10,015 bases of DNA from NCBI GenBank assembly GCA_003559395.1, contig PWLL01000020.1:1-10015 (forward strand), written 5' to 3'. Below the pieces are notes generated by a model. That model worked only from the letters and a program-made list of their open reading frames with translations, searched no databases and was not told the DNA's origin. How positions within the stretch are numbered: position 1 is the first letter of the stretch; each line of letters begins with the position of its first letter. This document shows positions 1 to 6,400 of the stretch, in pieces. Origin of the DNA: Candidatus Iainarchaeum sp. (GTDB lineage Archaea > Iainarchaeota > Iainarchaeia > Iainarchaeales > CSSED10-239). The position numbers and the translations under genes are program-made.

Positions 1-1
1 A

Positions 2-55
2 CACGACATGTATCCAGAAGACTATCCACATGACATGTATCCAGAAGATTTAGAT
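2..55 (+). repeat. Two copies of a 27-nt in-frame tandem repeat encoding HDMYPED(YP/LD)
   Basis: nt 2-22 (cacgacatgtatccagaagac) and nt 29-49 (catgacatgtatccagaagat) match at 19 of 21 positions with a 27-nt period. The repeat touches the window edge and may continue upstream. Confidence 0.75.
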
Positions 56-883
56 GTTGAAGATACAAGACAAACAATCTCAGAACAAGCAAGATATCAA
101 ATAACAAGACCAGGATTACAAATAAGAATGATACAACTAGAAAACACAATCAATTTGAAAATAAAAGAACTAGAAACAATAATAAATAAACTTTATGAAG
201 AAGAAGTTATTTTTGACGATGAATTTCTTAAAGAACAACTTTCTAGTCTTTTAGTTTTAAGAGAATATGTTCTAGAAAATAGAGAATATGAAGAAGAAAT
301 TCATGAATTTTCTAATTTAAGACAAAGACTCTCAAATACTATTTCTGAAACAAGAGAATATCTTAGAGAAGATATTGCTGAAAATGTAAAAGAAATGGTA
401 AAAGAAGATATTTTAGAAAAAAGAAACAATTTTAGAGAAGAAACTGCTTTAAAAAATAGAGACCGGTTTAGAAATTTAGCTCATGAGCATAATCTTCAAA
501 TAAGAGAAGAAGTTGTTCAACCTGTTATAGAAGAAATAAGAGCTGGTGTTGCTCAAAGAGTTTCACAAAGAGTACAAGAAATAGATGTTGAAGAAAGAAC
601 ACGGGTTGTTGGACAAATAATTTCAGAAGTTGCAAGAGAAAATAAACAAATCGCAATAAACGAAGCAAAACAAAGAATCGCACAAGCAACTATGATTCCT
701 CAAGCTTATAAAAATGAAATCAGAAGCCAAAGACAACAAGAAGAAACTAGAGTCAGACAAGAGATACTAGATACTTTTAGACAACAAGAAAGAAGAGTTT
801 CTGTTGACCCAGAAATTAAAGATGAGATCTTTGAAAGAATAAGACAAGAAAGAGCAAATATAAGAAATGAGGTGGTAGAATGA
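8..883 (+). CDS. Highly charged (E/R/Q/I-rich) predicted coiled-coil protein of unknown function; possibly 5'-truncated by the window edge
   Basis: 291-codon ORF on the purine-rich sense strand. The frame is already open at nt 2 (His-Asp before the first Met), and a tandem repeat sits at the edge, so the true start may lie upstream. Long heptad-like charged stretches (IREEV, IRNEVV, RQQEETRVRQEIL). No TM segment or catalytic motif recognised. The stop overlaps the next start (ATGA at 880-883). Confidence 0.7.
   Translation: MYPEDYPHDMYPEDLDVEDTRQTISEQARYQITRPGLQIRMIQLENTINLKIKELETIINKLYEEEVIFDDEFLKEQLSSLLVLREYVLENREYEEEIHEFSNLRQRLSNTISETREYLREDIAENVKEMVKEDILEKRNNFREETALKNRDRFRNLAHEHNLQIREEVVQPVIEEIRAGVAQRVSQRVQEIDVEERTRVVGQIISEVARENKQIAINEAKQRIAQATMIPQAYKNEIRSQRQQEETRVRQEILDTFRQQERRVSVDPEIKDEIFERIRQERANIRNEVVE
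869..875 (+). promoter_or_regulatory. Shine-Dalgarno-like site GAGGTGG for the 880 ORF
   Basis: GAGGTG matches the canonical SD extension GGAGGTGA. It ends 5 nt before the ATG at 880, inside the 3' end of the upstream CDS, which suggests translational coupling. Confidence 0.55.
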
Positions 884-1146
884 GTGATCTTGAAGGAGTT
901 TATAAAAAACCAAAAATAAATAAAGTTTTGATCATTGTTCTTATTGCTATTGTTGTTGCAGTTGTTTTAATCTTGTTAATTCCAAGAGCTGAAACACCAA
1001 CAGAAACAGGAGAGATAGATCCCATAGATGAACCGACTGAAGAACTAACAGACACAGAAATTAATGATTTAGAACAAGAACTTCACGAAGACTTTTCAAT
1101 AGATGAAGATGATGAGTTTTTGGATTCAGAAGACTTTTTTGAATAA
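880..1146 (+). CDS. Small single-pass membrane protein with a strongly acidic C-terminal tail, function unknown
   Basis: 88-aa ORF. It has a basic N-terminus (KKPKINK), one hydrophobic helix (VLIIVLIAIVVAVVLILLI), then a D/E/T-rich tail (EIDPIDEPTEELTDTE...DEDDEFLDSEDFFE). It shares a 4-nt ATGA overlap with the upstream gene and has an SD-like site. Confidence 0.7.
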   Translation: MSDLEGVYKKPKINKVLIIVLIAIVVAVVLILLIPRAETPTETGEIDPIDEPTEELTDTEINDLEQELHEDFSIDEDDEFLDSEDFFE

Positions 1147-1160
1147 AAAGTCTTTTTTTA
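1128..1160 (+). terminator. AU-rich hairpin plus T7 tract overlapping the stop codon of the 880 ORF; possible weak or partial terminator or RNA stability element
   Basis: agacttttt (1131-1139) pairs perfectly with aaaagtct (1145-1153) around a 5-nt loop, and the stem can extend by 2-3 pairs. ttttttt follows at 1154-1160. The stem has only 2 G-C pairs, and the next gene with its own SD starts 23 nt later. Confidence 0.3.
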
Positions 1161-1168
1161 TGTTTAAA

Positions 1169-1173
1169 AGGAG
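1169..1173 (+). promoter_or_regulatory. Shine-Dalgarno site AGGAG for the thioredoxin-like gene
   Basis: AGGAG lies 9 nt upstream of the ATG at 1183. Confidence 0.65.
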
Positions 1174-1182
1174 TTACATAAT

Positions 1183-1740
1183 ATGTCAAAAAGAAAAATA
1201 AATAAAAAGAAAAAAGAAAAAAGAGATGTTACAAATATTTTATATTTTGGAATCTTAGTTGCATTTATTGCAATTGTCTTAATATTAGCAATAAGACTAA
1301 CTAAAAGTTCACCAGAAACTTTTGAAGAAAATATAGACTCAGGCCAAATTTTTACTCAAACAGATAGTGATCAACTTGAGCCTGGACAAAAAATTGATGC
1401 TGAAGATAAATTGTCATCAGGATATGAAGTTGATGTACATTATGCTTATTCAGATGGATGTCCTTTTTGTACACAACAACAAAGATTTATGGATTCTTGG
1501 GAAGAAAAATATCCAACAGTAACAATATATAAATATAACGCACAAAGTTCAGAAGAAATGCAAACCTTCTTACAACTAGCAGAAACTTACGGAGAGTCTC
1601 CAAGAGGCGTACCAGTAACTATTATTGCAGATCAATATTGGTCTGGTTTTAGTGAAGAAAGAACTGGCAAAGCTATGGAAAACACTATAGAATATTGTTT
1701 AGTAAATGAATGTGAAGATCCTTTAGATAGACTAAACTAA
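1183..1740 (+). CDS. Membrane-anchored thioredoxin/glutaredoxin-fold thiol-disulfide oxidoreductase (CPFC active site), predicted to face outside the cell
   Basis: 185-aa ORF. It has a Lys-rich N-terminus and one TM helix (ILYFGILVAFIAIVLILAI), which suggests an N-in signal anchor. The soluble domain carries DGCPFC (a CxxC redox motif) and RGVPVTII about 50 residues later, in the position of the thioredoxin-fold cis-Pro loop. A second Cys pair, CLVNEC, lies near the C-terminus. A strong SD precedes it. Confidence 0.8.
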   Translation: MSKRKINKKKKEKRDVTNILYFGILVAFIAIVLILAIRLTKSSPETFEENIDSGQIFTQTDSDQLEPGQKIDAEDKLSSGYEVDVHYAYSDGCPFCTQQQRFMDSWEEKYPTVTIYKYNAQSSEEMQTFLQLAETYGESPRGVPVTIIADQYWSGFSEERTGKAMENTIEYCLVNECEDPLDRLN

Positions 1741-1898
1741 TAGTTCATCTTTTGTCTTTCAAAAAAATCAGAAGTATATTTTTTTTTTTTAATATCTTCT
1801 TCTTTTTCTTGTTTTAGTTTTATTGCTTCTTCACATTTTTCACAATAAAGATTGTAGTTTACAATCATTTTTTCACATCTTAGACATCTGTTTACCAT
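1737..1898 (-). CDS. Small zinc-ribbon-like protein (53 aa, CxxC-x10-CxxC), absent from the supplied ORF track
   Basis: My translation is MVNRCLRCEKMIVNYNLYCEKCEEAIKLKQEKEEDIKKKKYTSDFFERQKMNY. The ATG at 1898 lies 7 nt after the lysS stop and is preceded by the same AAAAGTGA motif found upstream of the other minus-strand genes. Four Cys in a paired CxxC pattern are unlikely by chance in this Cys-poor, AT-rich sequence. The TAG stop at 1737-1739 overlaps the convergent gene's end by 4 nt. Confidence 0.6.
   Translation of the reverse strand: MVNRCLRCEKMIVNYNLYCEKCEEAIKLKQEKEEDIKKKKYTSDFFERQKMNY
1779..1790 (+). terminator. T12 tract about 39 nt downstream of the plus-strand operon; possible oligo-T termination signal
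   Basis: Twelve uninterrupted T on the plus strand follow the stop at 1738-1740. No convincing G-C stem precedes it. The same bases encode KKKK of the minus-strand zinc-ribbon ORF, so it may simply be coding sequence. Confidence 0.25.
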
Positions 1899-1905
1899 TT
1901 TGTTT

Positions 1906-3369
1906 TCACTTTTCTTCTTTTAATAATGGAAATAAGATAACATCTCTTATAGTTGAAGCGTTTGTAAACATCATAACAAACCTATCAATTCCAAATCCTA
2001 TTCCATATGCAGGAGGCATTCCATATTTTAAAGCTTCTATAAAGTCTTTATCAATAGGATGATTTTCTCCTTTTTCTTTATCATTATCTTTTTGAGCAAT
2101 CATTTGTTTTTCTTGAAAGTCTGGATCGTTTAGCTCACTATATATGTTTCCTATCTCCCAACCATTAACATATGGTTCGTCTCTTTCTATAAGTTCTTTG
2201 TCTTTTCTGTGTATCTTACATAAAGGAGTTAGTTCTTTTGGATGGTCGGTTATATGTATTGGTCCTGATAAATGAGACTCACAAAAATGTTCAAACAAAG
2301 CATTTATTAAAAGCCCACGACTTTGTGGAGATGGCATTTCTATATTGTTTTCTTGAATTGTTTCTTTTAGTTGTTCTTCTGTTAAAGAACGAACATCAAT
2401 ATCAGCATATTCTTTAATCGCATCAATCATTGATAGTTTTTTCCAAGGTCTCTTAAAGTCAAATTCTTTATCCTGATAGGTTATTTTGGTTGTACCATAT
2501 AACTCAAGTGCAACTTTTTCATGAAGTTCTTCTATTAAATCCATTGCATCGTTATAATCTTTAAAAACTTCATAACATTCAAGCATAGTAAACTCAGGAT
2601 TGTGTGATTTGTCTACTCCTTCGTTTCTAAAGTTCTTACATATAGTAAACACTTTCTCAAAACCACCCACTAGCAGTCTTTTAAGATACAGCTCAGGTGA
2701 TATTGACAAGTATAACGGTCGTTTCCACACATATGCTTCAGTCACAAAAGGTCTAGCATTTGCTCCTCCATAAAGTGGTTGTAACAATGGTGTTTCTACT
2801 TCTATAAATCCTTTATCTTTTAGTATTTTTCTTAAAACATCTATTATTTTTTCTCGTTTTATAAAAATGTCTTTTACTTCTTTATTTATCATTAAGTCTA
2901 GGTGTTTTTTTCTATATTTTATTTCTTGATCCTGTAATCCATGATATTTTTCAGGCAAAGGCAAGAAACATTTTGACAGGAAAGTAATATCTTGTGCTTC
3001 AATAGATATTTCATTTGTTTTTGTTTTAAATATCTTTCCAGACACGCCAATAATATCTCCTTGATCAAGTTTTTTAACAAGCTCAAACATCTTTGTATCG
3101 TTTGATTTTACAACAATTTGTATTTTTCCTTGTTGATCGTGTAGATCAATAAACGCAATTTTTCCTAAGTTTCTTATAATAAAAATTCTTCCAGCAACAC
3201 TTGCTGTTTCTTCTGAGTAAGTGTTTGTTTCTAGGTCTTTGTGTTTTTTTTGTATATCTGAAGAAACATGTGTTCTCTTATAGCTATAAGGAAAAGGTTC
3301 GATATTGTTTTCTAAAAGAAAATTAAAGTTTTCTTTTCTTGATATTTCATATTCTTCTTGTCTTGACAT
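1906..3369 (-). CDS. lysS: Lysyl-tRNA synthetase, class II
   Basis: N-terminal OB-fold anticodon-binding signature (VAGRIFIIRNLGKIAFIDLHDQQGKIQIVV). Class II motif 1 region (GFIEVETPLLQP), motif 2 (FRNEGVDKSHNPEFTMLECY) and motif 3 (GIGFGIDRFVMMFTNASTIRDVILFP), plus the LysRS-typical KYHGLQDQEIKYRKKHLDL. The ORF track starts at a GTG at 3378. I prefer the ATG at 3369 (MSRQEEY...) because that GTG is part of the recurring GTGA upstream motif. Confidence 0.95.
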   Translation of the reverse strand: MSRQEEYEISRKENFNFLLENNIEPFPYSYKRTHVSSDIQKKHKDLETNTYSEETASVAGRIFIIRNLGKIAFIDLHDQQGKIQIVVKSNDTKMFELVKKLDQGDIIGVSGKIFKTKTNEISIEAQDITFLSKCFLPLPEKYHGLQDQEIKYRKKHLDLMINKEVKDIFIKREKIIDVLRKILKDKGFIEVETPLLQPLYGGANARPFVTEAYVWKRPLYLSISPELYLKRLLVGGFEKVFTICKNFRNEGVDKSHNPEFTMLECYEVFKDYNDAMDLIEELHEKVALELYGTTKITYQDKEFDFKRPWKKLSMIDAIKEYADIDVRSLTEEQLKETIQENNIEMPSPQSRGLLINALFEHFCESHLSGPIHITDHPKELTPLCKIHRKDKELIERDEPYVNGWEIGNIYSELNDPDFQEKQMIAQKDNDKEKGENHPIDKDFIEALKYGMPPAYGIGFGIDRFVMMFTNASTIRDVILFPLLKEEK

Positions 3370-3411
3370 ATTTATCACATTTTTTTTGTTTGGATATATA
3401 TAATATATATC
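3370..3411 (-). promoter_or_regulatory. lysS upstream region: TA-alternating tract, A8 run, GTGAT RBS-like motif
   Basis: The minus strand reads gatatatattatatatatccaaac-AAAAAAAA-t-GTGAT-aaat-ATG. The TA tract could be a -10/TATA-type promoter element. GTGAT matches the 3' part of the extended SD GGAGGTGAT. Confidence 0.4.
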
Positions 3412-3454
3412 AAAAATAATAAAAAGAGAGATGATATTTATAGAAACATCATCT
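3412..3454 (-). terminator. Hairpin plus oligo-U tracts between the giant gene and lysS
   Basis: A perfect 7-bp inverted repeat, agatgat (3429-3435) and atcatct (3448-3454), flanks a 12-nt loop and overlaps the giant gene's TGA. On the minus-strand transcript it is followed by CUCUUUUU and AUUAUUUUU. The stem is short and AU-rich. Confidence 0.4.
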
Positions 3455-6400
3455 TTTTTTTTTGTTTTTAAGCAAAACAGTATTTATAATATAGAAACAA
3501 GAAACAAAAAACAAAATATACATCATTAAACCAACAGTTGATGTTGGTGATAAAGGAATGTTAAAGCCATCTGTTCTTCTACCTGCTGCATCTGTGCCTA
3601 TGTTGAATACGTTTCCTGATGTTTTGCCTGTGACTTTTCCATCAGCGTCTGTTGAAAACAACATTCCGTCTCTAAAAGCTTGATTATAAGGAATCATCAT
3701 TCCATTTTCTGTATACCAGTTGCCTGTTTTTGGATCATACCAAAAACCTCCTTGTTGTCCTTGTGCAGAGGTTAATGTTTCTACGTCGTCGTTATATTTA
3801 AGCTTTGGTACACCATGTTCAGCACTTATATCAAAGTCATGTGAGGCTCCGTCTTCTGTTTGTATTCTGTATCCGTCTTCTAGATCAAAGATGTCTGTTA
3901 TTTTTTGATCATAGACTTCTCCTGTTTTTTTGTCAATAATTCTCATTCTTTGTTCACATTCTGGATAATCACTTATATAGAAAAGAATCGTTTTTGTAGG
4001 CGTATCAAACATTTGGAAAGGGCCTACATTTTCTAGAGCATTGTTCATTTTTTCAACATTTGCGTATGCTTGTGAGTTTGGATCATCACTAGTTGATGTT
4101 GCTTTAAAATCAAAAGCAATCTCATCGTCATCACATTCATTTTGTGCAGGTGTTGATGTAAGTTCTGCATCTAGGTCTTTTATATCTGCTCCACTTGTAA
4201 CGCTTGTATATTCGACCCACATAATATATGCGTTCTTTTCTCCACTATACACAAGTTGTCCTCTTTCAAATTGAACAGATATGTTTTTCCCAAGATTTAT
4301 TCTTTTACTTTCTACTTCTTCAATAGGAAACAATCTACTTGTTCGGTCACCATAAATAGACAATCGAGCACTTGTTCCTTCAGCTACTTGTCTTGGTGTT
4401 CCTTGTGCACTTATTTTTGTTGTTTGTGGATATACGTCATATTGTGTTGAAGGGTTGATTATGTTTGCAGATTTTACCGCACCAAGATATTCTGTTAGGT
4501 TTGTTGCTCCTCCATCTATTTCGTTTCCTGTTTGTTCATAATAGCCTTGTCTTATACAGTGCATAAAATCATTATCTTGAACAAAGAAATTACCATAAAC
4601 ATCCATTTCAAACAAAAGTTCTTCTGGATTGTCTGAAACAGGAATATAGGTCAGCATTTTTGGAATTATCTTTGCAGGAATTCCTAGGTTTGTTGCAACA
4701 AGTCTTACAAAATCTGAGTGATCGCTATCAATAATCTTGTTAATATTTCCGTCTTTGTCAATAAGGTTTAGTTCTCCTTTTTCTTTATCTATTTCTAAGC
4801 CTTCTTTTTTGTCTTCATCAATTAAGATTTCTTTTCCTTGATCGTTAAGGTTATTGGCTCTACATCTTGTATCAGGACCAAGTTCAAAGAAAAACAAACG
4901 ACCATCTAAGCTTGCATCTGTTCCAGCAGATGTAGAAAAGCTTGATTGAACGATTGCATGGTCTCTTAGATTTTTTTCTACAAACCCTTTTGCTTCTTGT
5001 GTTCCTGCACTTACTGTTTTTTCAAACTCTGTTCCTTTGGTTATGTTTTTTAATGTTCCTTCTATCCCATCAAGTCCTTGATCTACCATGTCTGCTACTT
5101 TATTTGTTGGATCTTCTTCTATTCTTTCATATTCTAAAGAGTTCATGAAAAAATGAGTGTAAAGTCCTTCTTGATCATCAACACATCCTTTTATTTGTGG
5201 CATAACTATTATTTGTTTAGGAAGCGTCATTAAGAGTGCTGGAGCAAGTAAAGGATTTGCTGGATGAGGTAAAGTCCAATAAGCTGCTCTTTCTGGTATT
5301 GTTAATGCTACTGCAAGTCTATAGTCTTTAGGTAAAGCCCAACCAACATTTATTCCACCAAGATTAAGTTCTCTTATTTTTTGTTCACAAGTATCTCCTT
5401 CTTGTCTTGCTTTTACAAGATTTATTTCTTCTTCTGATTTTTCTCCTTCATTTATTCCACTATAGTCTGTGTGGTGTGAAAAAGTAACTAGGTTTTGTCC
5501 TTTATTTTCATAGTTTTCTGGAGTTGTATTTTCTAAGATATAGTTTGATGTATTAAAGCCTCTAGGTACATAAAAGTTAATGTTTAGTTTTGCTGAAGGG
5601 TCAACATAGTTTGTTGTATCTTCATATTCAAATCTTTTTTCATTTTCTTTTATGGCTTCAAGTTGTGCTTCTCTATATTCATCAACAATTTCTTGAACTT
5701 CTTGTTGGTTATAGCCTGCATCAAGATATTGTTCTTTCATAATCTCAACTGTGGAGTCTAGGTTTGCAAGTTGATCTTGTGTTTTTCTTTCTTGAATATC
5801 TTGTCGTGTTATTGTTTGTTCGCTTTCTGAAGGAAATTGCATATATTCATTATACATGTCTGCTGATAGTCCTTCTAGACTTCTTTCTCTTGTTTGTTGT
5901 TCAATATAATCTGAACCAATGTTTATTCTACAATTGGTTCCACATCCTGTGTTTATTGTGTCTGTAAATAAAACTATGTTGTCTACAAGATCTCTTTTTA
6001 TTTTTCCTCTAAGCATATTATCTATTGATCTTTCTGCAGTAGCAATCAGTTGGAAGTCTGTATATTCTGCAGTAACCTCTAAACCAGTTTTAATTATTTT
6101 TGGAAATATAAATATTGCTGAGTTTAAAAACTTCATAAACAGGTCTCCTTGATCAGAACCATCATTTGCGAAAAAATCAATATATGCATCATCGTATATA
6201 GGCGGAGACATGCCGTGTGTAATATTTATTGCAGAATAAGATTCTGGAAGTCTATAAACGCTAAATTTATCTAGACCTAAAGGACTTAAAAACCCAACAT
6301 CTGCAAAACCTCTTTTTGTTTGCCAAAAAAGAAAGTTATAACCAAAGGCTTCCAAAGACTTTCCTGCAAAATCAAAAACATTATTTTGGGTTACAAATTG

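Noticed and set aside
1906-1908. Possible alternative genetic code (UGA recoded), as in some candidate-phyla bacteria
   Set aside because: TGA ends lysS exactly where class II LysRS proteins normally end (a few residues after IRDVILFP). It also ends the giant ORF right after its basic tail. All ORFs are full-length under the standard code.
1823-2062. Plus-strand 79-aa ORF
   Set aside because: It overlaps the conserved C-terminal motif 3 region of lysS and the zinc-ribbon ORF on the opposite strand. Its composition is typical of an antisense shadow.
3392-3411. Archaeal TATA box about 25 nt upstream of the ATG, implying leaderless transcripts and an archaeal origin (similar tracts at 8666-8680 and 9208-9217)
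   Set aside because: Downgraded. The conserved GTGA motif between the TA tract and the ATG argues for a short leader with an RBS. TA-alternating tracts are low-complexity in this AT-rich DNA and fit a bacterial -10 element equally well. I cannot assign the domain of life from this.
3620-3752. GGFWYDPKTGNWYTENG...STDADGKVTG resembling choline-binding / cell-wall-binding or YD-type beta-hairpin repeats
   Set aside because: There are at most one or two degenerate units, with no regular tandem periodicity. A profile search is needed before any claim. It is noted only as a hint for the C-terminal module.
4721-4759. DKDGNINKIIDSD in the giant protein as an EF-hand or dockerin-like calcium-binding loop
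   Set aside because: The Gly is at loop position 4 rather than 6 and there is no Glu at position 12. It is a single occurrence in a D/N/K-rich protein and could easily be chance.
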